From Candidatus Enterousia sp. (GTDB taxonomy: Bacteria > Pseudomonadota > Alphaproteobacteria > Rs-D84): a stretch of 34,812 nucleotides of DNA. Below are positions 6,945 through 16,275 of this stretch, piece by piece. Made by a program: the position numbers and the translations under genes. The notes beneath the pieces are model-generated. The model had not been told where the DNA came from. It ran no database searches and saw only the letters and a list, made by a program, of their open reading frames with translations. Location of the stretch: assembly GCA_045614725.1 (NCBI GenBank), contig JAZLDK010000023.1, positions 1 through 34,812 of the forward strand, written 5' to 3'. Every line of letters starts with the position of its first letter. The stretch's first letter is position 1.

Positions 6945-9344
6945 TTATTGTTTTTGTTCCACAACAACAAAATCAATCGCATCGCCCAAAACGATATCGT
7001 TTGCGCGGGCCGCAGATTTTATCAAACCATGCAGAACCGCCGGTGTGTCGGATGGAATGGTCAGCGTTTCCAACTTAGCCCCATTTCCAACCTTGCGTTC
7101 TGTGCGCAGCCCACGAATATTCTTCAAGATTTCCAGTGCAATGTTCATCGTTGATACATCGGTATCATAATCAGATTGCACCATTGGATAGGATGTCAAA
7201 TGCAGTGTTTCACCGCCTTCGAAATCCTTGTAAATCTTTTGCCATAATTCTTCGGTCAAGAAAGGAATAAACGGCGCATACAATCCGATTATTGCACGCA
7301 ATACCGTGTACAATGTCCATTGTGCCGACAGTTTTGATTCCGCGCTATACTTTTCTGGCGCCCAGAATCTGTCTTTGATAAATTCCAGATATTGGTCACA
7401 GAAAATATCCCAGAAGAATGTATCAATCGCCGCACGGGAATTATAGTTATCGTATTTATCCAGATGCTTTCTGGTTTCGGCGATTGTCTTGTTCAATTCA
7501 AACAATACCCATCTGTCTTCGATAAAACGTTCGGACACAGGAACCTGGACGGCGGTTGCCGGTTCGAAATCAGACAAATTCATCAGAACATATTTTGATG
7601 CGTTCCACAATTTTGTTAACAACTTAGAACCGCGTTTAACTTCGTCATCAGAATAACGAAGGTCCGTACCAATTGGCGCAGTCGAAATCCAATAACGCAA
7701 TGCATCTGTTCCAAATTTTTCAACAGTATCCAGCGGGTCTGTTCCGTTACCCTTGGTCTTGGACATTTTTTGTCCCTTGGAATCGCGAATCAATCCATGA
7801 AAGTTTACAGTACGGAATGGGACATCACCCATAACGTATATGCCCATCATAATCATACGCGCAACCCAAAAGAAAATAATATCGGCACCAGTGTACAATA
7901 AATCTGTCGGATAATATTTTTTAAGTTCAAGGGTTTGTTCCGGCCAACCCAATGTCGAAAATGGCCACAAACCCGACGAGAACCATGTATCCAAAACATC
8001 GGGGTCGCGTGTCAGGGTTTTGCCACCGGACATCTTAATCGCTTCTTCTTCGGTTTCAGCAACATATACAGCGCCATCTGCATCATACCATGCTGGTATG
8101 TGATGCCCCCACCACAACTGACGCGAAATTGTCCAAGGACGAATTCCCTTCATCCATGCCATAAACAGGTTATAGCGATGGTCGGGAATAAATTTTATTT
8201 TGCCCTCTTCAACAGCCTTAATCGCAGGTATCGCAAGTTTTTCAGCATCCACAAACCACTGATCGGTCAAAAATGGTTCAACAGGAACCTGGCCGCGTTC
8301 GGAATATGGCGTTGGGATAATTTTGTCTTCGATTTTTACCAACAGGCCCGCGGCTTCGATGTCGGCAACAACCGCTTCGCGCGCCTTGTATCTGTCCAGA
8401 CCACGATATTTTTCCGGCACAACCGGATTGTCATTCATTTTGGCATCTGGGGTCAAAATACATACCGGTGTCAGGTTGTGACGAACACCAACCTCCCAGT
8501 CATCAAAGTCGTGGGCCGGTGTGATTTTAACCGCCCCTGTACCTTTTTCTGGGTCTGCATGTTCGTCACCAATAATTGGAATTTCAATGTCTGTTAATGG
8601 GATAATCGCCTTGCGCCCGATTAAATGTTTTAACTTTTCGTTTTCAGGATGAACGGCAATAGCCTGGTCACCGAACAATGTCTCGGGACGGGTTGTTGCA
8701 ATTTCAATCACGCCACCATCAACCAATTGGTAATTAAAGTAATAAAACTTGCCCTTTTCGTCGCGTGTTTCCACCTCTAAATCAGATACAGATGTTTGCT
8801 GTTTTGGGCACCAGTTAACCAAACGCTTTTCACGATAAATTAAACCCTCGTTATACATTTTGACAAACAGTTTGGTGACCGCACTGGACAAACCTTCATC
8901 CATAGTAAAACGTTCACGTTGCCACACGGGTGTCACACCCAAAATGTGCAACTGGTTCATAATCTGACCACCTTTGTCGGCCTTCCACTTCCAGGCGGCA
9001 TCCAATTTTTCCTGTAATGACAAAGAATGTGGATTTATACCGCGTTTCGACAGGTCGCGCTCAACCAACAACTGGGTTGCAATCGATGCGTGGTCGGTGC
9101 CGGGCTGCCATAAAACATCAAAGCCCGCCATACGCTTGTACCGACACATAATATCGGTCAAAACATTATCCAGTGCGTGCCCCATATGCAAATTACCCGT
9201 CACATTTGGTGGTGGCATCATGATGCAAAATGATGTCTTGTCAGAATTGACATCATTTGCCCAAAAATTATTGCTATCCCAAAATTCTTGGATTCTGGTT
9301 TCTATTTCACGCGGACTAATATTTTTACCAAGTTCGATATTCAT
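6945..9344 (-). CDS. valS: Valine--tRNA ligase
   Basis: PPPNVTGNLHMGH, ATTRPET, GTGAVKITPAHD, DVLDTWFSS, KMSKT. Start placed at ATG 9344 (AGGA upstream). Confidence 0.97.
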   Translation of the reverse strand: MNIELGKNISPREIETRIQEFWDSNNFWANDVNSDKTSFCIMMPPPNVTGNLHMGHALDNVLTDIMCRYKRMAGFDVLWQPGTDHASIATQLLVERDLSKRGINPHSLSLQEKLDAAWKWKADKGGQIMNQLHILGVTPVWQRERFTMDEGLSSAVTKLFVKMYNEGLIYREKRLVNWCPKQQTSVSDLEVETRDEKGKFYYFNYQLVDGGVIEIATTRPETLFGDQAIAVHPENEKLKHLIGRKAIIPLTDIEIPIIGDEHADPEKGTGAVKITPAHDFDDWEVGVRHNLTPVCILTPDAKMNDNPVVPEKYRGLDRYKAREAVVADIEAAGLLVKIEDKIIPTPYSERGQVPVEPFLTDQWFVDAEKLAIPAIKAVEEGKIKFIPDHRYNLFMAWMKGIRPWTISRQLWWGHHIPAWYDADGAVYVAETEEEAIKMSGGKTLTRDPDVLDTWFSSGLWPFSTLGWPEQTLELKKYYPTDLLYTGADIIFFWVARMIMMGIYVMGDVPFRTVNFHGLIRDSKGQKMSKTKGNGTDPLDTVEKFGTDALRYWISTAPIGTDLRYSDDEVKRGSKLLTKLWNASKYVLMNLSDFEPATAVQVPVSERFIEDRWVLFELNKTIAETRKHLDKYDNYNSRAAIDTFFWDIFCDQYLEFIKDRFWAPEKYSAESKLSAQWTLYTVLRAIIGLYAPFIPFLTEELWQKIYKDFEGGETLHLTSYPMVQSDYDTDVSTMNIALEILKNIRGLRTERKVGNGAKLETLTIPSDTPAVLHGLIKSAARANDIVLGDAIDFVVVEQKQ

Positions 9345-9485
9345 TTGCTCATCCTGTCTTTTACATATAAAACAACTTAATCGCAATCGTACCAGAATAA
9401 AATCAAAATTCAAGAATTCAGTGCCGTATAAAAAACAATGATTTATCACCTGTTTTTTTCTTAAATTTATGATAAAATGCATGAC

Positions 9486-11750
9486 ATGAGTACTAAATCA
9501 AAATTTCTTCCACAGGCGGTGTCCAGGGCACTTAAAAGTTTAACCATGCGTATTATCGGTGGCGGCGTGATGTTTTTTGCGCTGTGGCTGACATTCGCGC
9601 TTGTATTTTTCAATCCGTATCTGGATGGATTCGGCGTGGCCAGCACATTCGGCAACCAGTCTGTTATCGGCAATCTGGTTGGGATTATACGATATGCAAT
9701 TGGTGCATTGCCTGCGCTGTTCTTGTTTTTGTGCGGGGCGCGTTGGGGATTGGCACAATTGTTCGGATGGGAACAAGATTCCGCACCAGAATATAATTTA
9801 TTACGTGGTTTCGTCGCAATATGCGCCGGCGCAATGGGATTGGGCATGATTATGCCAAGTGCCAATTTCGGCGGTATGTTTGGCGCAATTGCCGCAACCG
9901 ATGTTGGGGGACTGATTGGCGGGTTTGCACCACTGGTTGGAATCGCACTGGTTGCAGTATTTGTGGTGTTGGCGGCAAAACTGTTGCACATCAGCATGGC
10001 GCACATCCGCGCAATTGTTCGCACACTGTGGCGCATAATCCGCATGATTGGGGCGGCTTTCCACCTGAATATGCCACCGGCGGATGCGGATGACGAATAC
10101 GAAGACGATAGCGAAGGCGAAGAAGAAGACACAGAAGAAACCGAAGAAGATGAAGAGATAGAGGAAGAAGAAAAACCAAAAAGAAGACTGTTGGGTAAAC
10201 GCAGTGCCAAACCACAAAAAGTCAGCGAAAAACCACGCAAAATCGCCATTGCGGGCGCGTTTGAATTGCCCGACCCTAAATTCTTGGAACGGTCTAATTT
10301 CAGCAAGTGTGGCGTGACAAACGAACTTAAACAAAATGCACGGGCGATGGAAACACACTTTGAAGAATTCGGCGTGTACGGCAAAGTTGTCGGAATTAAG
10401 CCGGGACCAATCGTCACACTGTATGAATTTGAGCCCGACACCGGTATGCGTATCGCAAAAATTACTGAAACAGTTAAGGATATGACACGCGCAATGGCAA
10501 CCGAAAACATTCGTATTGCGCACATTCCACGAACAAACTATATCGGTGTTGAAATGGTGAATCTGAACCGCCAAACGGTGCGTTTCCGCGGGCTGGTGGA
10601 AAATCAGATATTTATCGAATCTAAATATAAAATCCCGTTGGCGTTGGGCGTGGATATTGGTGGGAATCCAATGTACTTTGACCTGGCCAAGATGCCACAT
10701 ATGCTGGTTGCGGGTCGTACAGGTTCCGGAAAATCTGTGTTTGTTCAGTCAATTATCACATCCATCGTGTACCACTTTACACCGGACAAGTGCAAATTGA
10801 TGATTATCGACCCCAAGGGTGTGGATTTTGGGTTCTGGGATGATATACCGCATCTGATTACCCCGATTGTTAAACTGGACCCAGCGGCGGCGGTTAACGC
10901 ACTTAAATGGGCCGTGCGCGAAATGGAAGAAAGATACAAACAATTACAGGTTCTTAACGCGCGTAACATTGAAAGCTATAACGAAATGGCGGCGCAAAAA
11001 CGCGTCAATGGCGAAGTTGTCACACAACAGGTCGCCGTCGGAACAGATGAAGAGACAGGCGAACTGCTGTTTGAAACACAACAGGTGGATATTTCCGACA
11101 TGCCGTATATCGTCATCGTTATTGACGAGGTTGCAGACCTGATGAGTCTGGCACGCAAGGAAGTAGAAGCATGCGTACAAAGAATCGCACAAAAGGCACG
11201 TGCGGCGGGCATACACCTGGTCATGGCGACCCAGCGTCCAGACGCAACAACCATTACAGGCGTTATCAAAGCAAACTTCCCGACACGCGTTTCTTTCCAG
11301 GCGCGCAGCCGTATCGACAGTACAACAACACTGGGTGAAGGTGGTGCGGAACAGTTGCTGGCGTGCGGTGACATGCTGTTTAGTGAAGCGGGGCGCGTAC
11401 CGGTTCGTATCCACGGGGCATTTATTGCGGACGATGAACTGAACCGTATCGGCGATTTCCTGCGCGCACAGGGCGAACCAGAATACGCAGACGGTGTGAC
11501 GGACGGCGAAGGCGGCGGCGATATCGACATGGGCGCAGGTGGCGCAGCCACGGGCGGTAAAGAGGCCAAAGATGCCGACCTTTACACCCAGGCAAAAGAA
11601 TGCGTTTTGCGCGATAAAAAGCCGACCATTTCATATATCCAACGCAGATTACAAATCGGTTATAACAAGGCGGCCGGATTTATGGAACGAATGGAACAAG
11701 AAGGCATAGTATCCGCGCCCGATGCAAATAACAAGCGACACATCCTTTGA
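9486..11750 (+). CDS. ftsK: DNA translocase FtsK
   Basis: N-terminal TM domain, acidic linker, Walker A GRTGSGKS, IDEVADLM, ATQRP, gamma domain ISYIQRRLQIGYNKAA. Start likely ATG 9486 (alternative 9477). Confidence 0.97.
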   Translation: MSTKSKFLPQAVSRALKSLTMRIIGGGVMFFALWLTFALVFFNPYLDGFGVASTFGNQSVIGNLVGIIRYAIGALPALFLFLCGARWGLAQLFGWEQDSAPEYNLLRGFVAICAGAMGLGMIMPSANFGGMFGAIAATDVGGLIGGFAPLVGIALVAVFVVLAAKLLHISMAHIRAIVRTLWRIIRMIGAAFHLNMPPADADDEYEDDSEGEEEDTEETEEDEEIEEEEKPKRRLLGKRSAKPQKVSEKPRKIAIAGAFELPDPKFLERSNFSKCGVTNELKQNARAMETHFEEFGVYGKVVGIKPGPIVTLYEFEPDTGMRIAKITETVKDMTRAMATENIRIAHIPRTNYIGVEMVNLNRQTVRFRGLVENQIFIESKYKIPLALGVDIGGNPMYFDLAKMPHMLVAGRTGSGKSVFVQSIITSIVYHFTPDKCKLMIIDPKGVDFGFWDDIPHLITPIVKLDPAAAVNALKWAVREMEERYKQLQVLNARNIESYNEMAAQKRVNGEVVTQQVAVGTDEETGELLFETQQVDISDMPYIVIVIDEVADLMSLARKEVEACVQRIAQKARAAGIHLVMATQRPDATTITGVIKANFPTRVSFQARSRIDSTTTLGEGGAEQLLACGDMLFSEAGRVPVRIHGAFIADDELNRIGDFLRAQGEPEYADGVTDGEGGGDIDMGAGGAATGGKEAKDADLYTQAKECVLRDKKPTISYIQRRLQIGYNKAAGFMERMEQEGIVSAPDANNKRHIL

Positions 11751-11751
11751 T

Positions 11752-11779
11752 AAAAAATCCGCCGGTTGGCGGATTTTTT
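11752..11779. terminator. Bidirectional terminator
   Basis: AAAAAATCCGCC-ggtt-GGCGGATTTTTT between convergent genes. Confidence 0.85.
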
Positions 11780-12302
11780 ATTTGATAATGACCGGTTTCC
11801 ATGTACTGGTATCCAGATTCTGTAATTCAGTGGGCAATGTTGAAGCATCCAAGACATTCCACTTTTGCGTGCGGCCAAACGGACCTATTTTCCCGCGTAC
11901 ATTAAGCACAGATGATGTATCCTGCCACATAAGACTGGAATAAACCTTGCCCGATTTTGGGTCCATTATTTTGCCGTCTTCGTATTTAGCATCGTCATTG
12001 TCCCATTCCATATTCCAGATAATATCCAAACCAACCATTTTTGGGGAACCCTTGACCTGGTCCGCGATGCGGGTTGGGTTGCTTAGGGTTTCGGATATAT
12101 TTCCGTCCGCCCCGTACAGCGCAACTATACGACCGGCCAATTCAACATCATCGCCGTTATTGTATTCGTATAATGCAACAATCGATTTGGGTGTATTCGT
12201 TTCGTCATCAATCGTCTGATACAGACCAACAAAGGGCGCCGCCGCCAGTGCCATCATCGGTATCAAAGACATAATAATTCCAGATAATAATTTCTTGGAC
12301 AT
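11778..12302 (-). CDS. DUF2147 family secreted protein
   Basis: Signal peptide MSKKLL...ALA; TIDDET, GKIMDPKSGKVY, LNVRGKIG..GRTQKW. Confidence 0.88.
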   Translation of the reverse strand: MSKKLLSGIIMSLIPMMALAAAPFVGLYQTIDDETNTPKSIVALYEYNNGDDVELAGRIVALYGADGNISETLSNPTRIADQVKGSPKMVGLDIIWNMEWDNDDAKYEDGKIMDPKSGKVYSSLMWQDTSSVLNVRGKIGPFGRTQKWNVLDASTLPTELQNLDTSTWKPVIIK

Positions 12303-12379
12303 AGTTTTTCCTTTTTTTCTATATATCGGACAAGAAAAACTATAAATAAAAAAATTAAAATCGTAAACACAAAAAATAT

Positions 12380-12408
12380 TTGACAAATGTTTTTTTGGGC
12401 ACCACAAT
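12380..12408 (+). promoter_or_regulatory. Putative sigma70 promoter
   Basis: TTGACA-N17-CACAAT upstream of ATG 12419. Confidence 0.5.
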
Positions 12409-12418
12409 AAATATCATC

Positions 12419-12781
12419 ATGGACAACAAAGATATTTTAAAATTTTTGCATCAATTAATTTCACATCGTGATATATCGGTCGAATATGATGAGTTCGCAG
12501 CGCGATATTATATTGATATGGAATCAGGATCAATGATAACTATTGAATGTGCGTATGCCGCAGACGAAGATAATCGGCCCGCGTATTATTACGCCGTATC
12601 GTTAGACGATGAAGTGATTATGGAATCATATAGCCTGCACAACACAAAAAAGCATAGCGCGCAAACCAAACAACTGATTGAATTGGTGCGCCGGTGCAGC
12701 AACAAGGTTATATACCAAGAAATGCGGGCGCGCAAAAACGGGCTGCTGCAACAAGTCGGCTATACAAAAACACATAACTAA
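12419..12781 (+). CDS. Hypothetical protein (tandem paralogue 1)
   Basis: ATG after the promoter; shares DNKDxL, YYA and ELxRxCSxKxIxQEM with the next gene. Confidence 0.75.
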   Translation: MDNKDILKFLHQLISHRDISVEYDEFAARYYIDMESGSMITIECAYAADEDNRPAYYYAVSLDDEVIMESYSLHNTKKHSAQTKQLIELVRRCSNKVIYQEMRARKNGLLQQVGYTKTHN

Positions 12782-12782
12782 G

Positions 12783-13148
12783 ATGCATCCAGATAACAAA
12801 GATTTTTTATCCAAAATGATTGACGAATACCCAGTGTCGGTTTATGAACCAGCCGAAGGTATCACGTCTTATGAAGTGCTGTTGCCAGATATGCAAACGA
12901 TTTCTATATCAACAGTATTAACAACTATATCGCCGGACTATGTCGAAGTATATTATGCTGCGGGCATCGAAGAAAAAGTAATCGAAGAAGCATATGCAAA
13001 CAGCAGGGACATAAAAACAAATCAATCAGCACTGGACTTTGTGGAACTGTTGCGCAAGTGCAGCGCTAAAATTATTATGCAAGAAATGCACAAGACCCAA
13101 TCCAAGATGATGGTTAAGCATATCACGAATAAAAAAACACTAAGTTAG
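12783..13148 (+). CDS. Hypothetical protein (tandem paralogue 2)
   Basis: ATG 1 nt after the upstream stop; same motifs as 12419-12781. Confidence 0.75.
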   Translation: MHPDNKDFLSKMIDEYPVSVYEPAEGITSYEVLLPDMQTISISTVLTTISPDYVEVYYAAGIEEKVIEEAYANSRDIKTNQSALDFVELLRKCSAKIIMQEMHKTQSKMMVKHITNKKTLS

Positions 13149-13152
13149 TGTT

Positions 13153-13893
13153 TTACTGGGCGGTACGCGCCGCACGACAAAATGTCACACCATATACGGA
13201 TTTAGCACCCGCACGAACAAGTGCACGACGCAATTCTGAAAATGTTGCACCGGTTGTCATAACATCATCAACCAACAAAATCCTTTTGCCACGAATATTG
13301 TCGACGCGAACAACATCAAACACACCATGAATATTTTCCGCACGCGCGCGGGCACTTTTATGTCCCATATTGTCACGATACTTGCGACGAACAGAATCCA
13401 AATCCATTTTAACATTAATCGCATTCGCAATGGGGCGCGCCAGCAGGGTCGCCTGATTATATCCACGAAAACTTAATCTTTTATTTGCCAGCGGCACAGG
13501 CATTACAACATCAACAGAACCCAAGTCAACATCACGCAACGCCCAAATCATTGCGCGCGACATAAAACGCGCATAGTTTATTTGACCACAATGCTTGAAC
13601 GGCAACATTAAATTTCGTGATGCATCATCGTATACGCATGCGCTTCTTATCCAATCAAGTTCGCTTTTGCCCGATGCGCATACGGGACACATTGGCATAT
13701 TTTCAAATTCAAAATGTGACGCAAACGGAAAGCCACAACGACAGCAATACGGCCCATCAATCCAATTCAGTGCAGTCCAACAATCCGCACACAGTTCCCC
13801 ATGTATCGACACCGGCGTGCCACATGCTGGGCACGCCGATGGATATATAAATTCAGTGATTGATTTTACAATGCGCGAAATTAACTTTACCAT
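13153..13893 (-). CDS. comF: ComF family protein (double zinc ribbon plus phosphoribosyltransferase)
   Basis: CPACG, CADC, CCRCG, CPVC; RGYNQA; LLVDDVMTTGAT. Confidence 0.93.
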   Translation of the reverse strand: MVKLISRIVKSITEFIYPSACPACGTPVSIHGELCADCWTALNWIDGPYCCRCGFPFASHFEFENMPMCPVCASGKSELDWIRSACVYDDASRNLMLPFKHCGQINYARFMSRAMIWALRDVDLGSVDVVMPVPLANKRLSFRGYNQATLLARPIANAINVKMDLDSVRRKYRDNMGHKSARARAENIHGVFDVVRVDNIRGKRILLVDDVMTTGATFSELRRALVRAGAKSVYGVTFCRAARTAQ

Positions 13894-15128
13894 GACATAC
13901 TTTTATGTTTGGTCGTTTTAATTACATCACCAAATATATCGCGTTTTTGTTCGGTCAATGTTTCATACTGTTCATTGGTTAAGACACGCAATACAAAACT
14001 GTCATCGTTTCTTGGGGTTAAAATCGGAACAATTCTTTGTTCAGGCACGCCATTATCACGGAACACCTGTTCAACAATTGCCAAACGGCGTGCCGTCAGT
14101 TTGCGTTGATCCTTATTTAATGTTGCACTTTCTGGTATAGAAATCTGAATTGCGCGTGTTGGTCTGGTGACCACGATGCCGGCCAATTCACTAAGCAATC
14201 CATAATTATCGCGCGACAGTGCCGAATCGTCGTCACGGAATTTTACTTTAACCTCTAGCGTTCTGATATCCTTTGTTTCGGACGAGTCACGTTCCGCGCT
14301 AAAATAAGAATTCGATGACATATCGCTGGCCACATCAAAGCGCGAATCCGTTTGATAGGTCGATATATGTTTGTTTTCGGACAAGAATGTTTTTCTGAAT
14401 GCGCGACGAAGTTCGGCAGGCGTCATCTTGGTCATATCATCACGAACCGCTGCAATTGTAGGGGATGTATTTTTTTCAACACTGCGTACAATTACATCGT
14501 CATCCATTGGGACAACCAGTCTGCGCAACTTGGTTGGCGTGGTGTCTGCGACTATTTCTGTCGCCTGTTTCGATTCGCTTTGTGCGATGCGTGGCGCAAC
14601 AGTTGTACGCGATGGTTGTGCTCGTTGTTCATTACGACGCTGCATTTCAACCAATTTTGCAATTTGATTATCAAGGGACGGTTCCTGGGACACACGGTTC
14701 ACAGGGGCGGGTTTGGTGACCGGCGCCACAGCAAGCGGTGTATCCAAACTTTCCTCAGGCAAAATACTATCGTTGCGGATTACAGAAAACTCAGACGGTG
14801 TTGGCATGCGAAGTGGCGCATCATTTTTTGCCCACAAATCATTACTGGGGCGACGCGGCACCAAGACATCGTTTGATGCAACAATTTTTTCACCGGTATC
14901 CTTGGTGGTTTTTGTCACCGCTTTTTTAGCCGTACGCGCGACAACCTTTTTTGAACGGGTTGGCACGGCCACCTGTTTATTTTTTACCGGTGCCTGGGCG
15001 ATTTCTTCGCCAAATGCACTGCGCGCCGAAACGCCCGCACCGGCCATATTTACAGCCGGCAAACGAGTACCCGCAACCGCAGGTAAAACGATAAACAATG
15101 ATATCGCAGAGATTGTAATCTGACGCAT
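13887..15128 (-). CDS. Secreted hypothetical protein with a possible degenerate OmpA-like C-terminal domain
   Basis: Signal peptide, low-complexity middle, C-terminal VKFRDDDSALS...LTARRLAIVEQVFRDNGVPEQRI. Confidence 0.7.
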   Translation of the reverse strand: MRQITISAISLFIVLPAVAGTRLPAVNMAGAGVSARSAFGEEIAQAPVKNKQVAVPTRSKKVVARTAKKAVTKTTKDTGEKIVASNDVLVPRRPSNDLWAKNDAPLRMPTPSEFSVIRNDSILPEESLDTPLAVAPVTKPAPVNRVSQEPSLDNQIAKLVEMQRRNEQRAQPSRTTVAPRIAQSESKQATEIVADTTPTKLRRLVVPMDDDVIVRSVEKNTSPTIAAVRDDMTKMTPAELRRAFRKTFLSENKHISTYQTDSRFDVASDMSSNSYFSAERDSSETKDIRTLEVKVKFRDDDSALSRDNYGLLSELAGIVVTRPTRAIQISIPESATLNKDQRKLTARRLAIVEQVFRDNGVPEQRIVPILTPRNDDSFVLRVLTNEQYETLTEQKRDIFGDVIKTTKHKSMSW

Positions 15129-15198
15129 GTTTCCTTTCCTTCCGTTTTAATCATAGAACAAATCAGGAAAGTCACGCAAGCACAAAAATCTAAAAAAC

Positions 15199-15218
15199 AA
15201 ATCCCCATGCGGGGATTT
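15199..15218 (-). terminator. Intrinsic terminator after murG
   Basis: AAATCCCC-atgc-GGGGATTT next to the murG stop. Confidence 0.75.
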
Positions 15219-15221
15219 TTA

Positions 15222-16265
15222 TTATTTGGTCACTTCATCGGCAATCATGTTTACCGCGTTATTTTTTATTAGTGCCTTTTGTGCCATTTTTTCCAAGCGC
15301 GATGGGTTATCAAACAGTTCGGACAACGTTGACGACAACCAACGCGTTGTAAACTTGGACTGTTCTATTGCGAATCCACCACCAGTCTTGGCAAAGCTGG
15401 CTGCGTTTGCGGTCTGGTCCGGGTTAATCCCAAGTGGGACAAATATTGCCGGGCGACCAATTGTTTGCAATTCTACAACAGTGCTGGCACCACTGCGCCC
15501 GATTACCAAATCAGAATTTACAATCGCATCGGACATATTGTGAATGAATGACAAAACATTTGCCTTAATCTTGTTATCGGCATAGAATTTTTGCAGGCGC
15601 GCAACATTTTCAGGCCGCGTTTGATGTGTGACGAAAATCTTTTTATTTTTCATTGCAACAATTGATTCTGGGACAACATCATCCAATATTTGTGCCCCCA
15701 AAGAACCACCCGTCACCAGCAAACGCGATGCGTTTGGCAGCGGCGCACCAGACGCATTCAATATATCACGACGAACCGGCAATCCCGTATACACAACACG
15801 CGTTAAATTTGCAGGCACACCGGAAACACTTGGAAAACTGGTCATCAAGGTTTTTACCCAGCGCATCGCAAACCTGTTCGCACGACCGATGGCAGCATTT
15901 TGTTCATGCAAAAATGTTGGCACATGCCAAAGGTGTGCTGCAAACACCGCCGGCACAGATGCATATCCGCCAAAGGCTACAACACGGTCTGGACGAAAAA
16001 TCATAAAACGCAACGACAATGCCACCGCAGAAACGCCAATCTTGAACAAGGCCCCCATTTGTTTTATACGACTTTTTGCGCCAACGCCCGATGCCCAGAC
16101 ATGCGCGATACGCGCGCCTTGGGGGCGACCACGCAAAACCATTTCACGAACACGACCATCACAGGATATAGTCACACGATGACCACGGGCAACCAATTCT
16201 TCGGCAACACTTAGCGCCGGATATACATGTCCACCTGTTCCACCCGTTGCAATCCATATTTTCAT
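15222..16265 (-). CDS. murG: Lipid I N-acetylglucosaminyltransferase MurG
   Basis: TGGTGGHVYPA, GGYAS, HEQN, GGSLGA, RSGASTVVE. Start at ATG 16265. Confidence 0.96.
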   Translation of the reverse strand: MKIWIATGGTGGHVYPALSVAEELVARGHRVTISCDGRVREMVLRGRPQGARIAHVWASGVGAKSRIKQMGALFKIGVSAVALSLRFMIFRPDRVVAFGGYASVPAVFAAHLWHVPTFLHEQNAAIGRANRFAMRWVKTLMTSFPSVSGVPANLTRVVYTGLPVRRDILNASGAPLPNASRLLVTGGSLGAQILDDVVPESIVAMKNKKIFVTHQTRPENVARLQKFYADNKIKANVLSFIHNMSDAIVNSDLVIGRSGASTVVELQTIGRPAIFVPLGINPDQTANAASFAKTGGGFAIEQSKFTTRWLSSTLSELFDNPSRLEKMAQKALIKNNAVNMIADEVTK

Positions 16266-16275
16266 ATCTTTATCC

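Noticed and set aside
9345-9482. N-terminal extension of valS
   Set aside because: AT-rich divergent promoter region that overlaps the ftsK start region; no ValRS-like sequence.
9467-10700. Long antisense ORFs (352 aa and 299 aa) opposite ftsK, and similar shadow ORFs opposite valS, murG and ppdK
   Set aside because: Antisense shadows of well-supported genes with no recognisable motifs.
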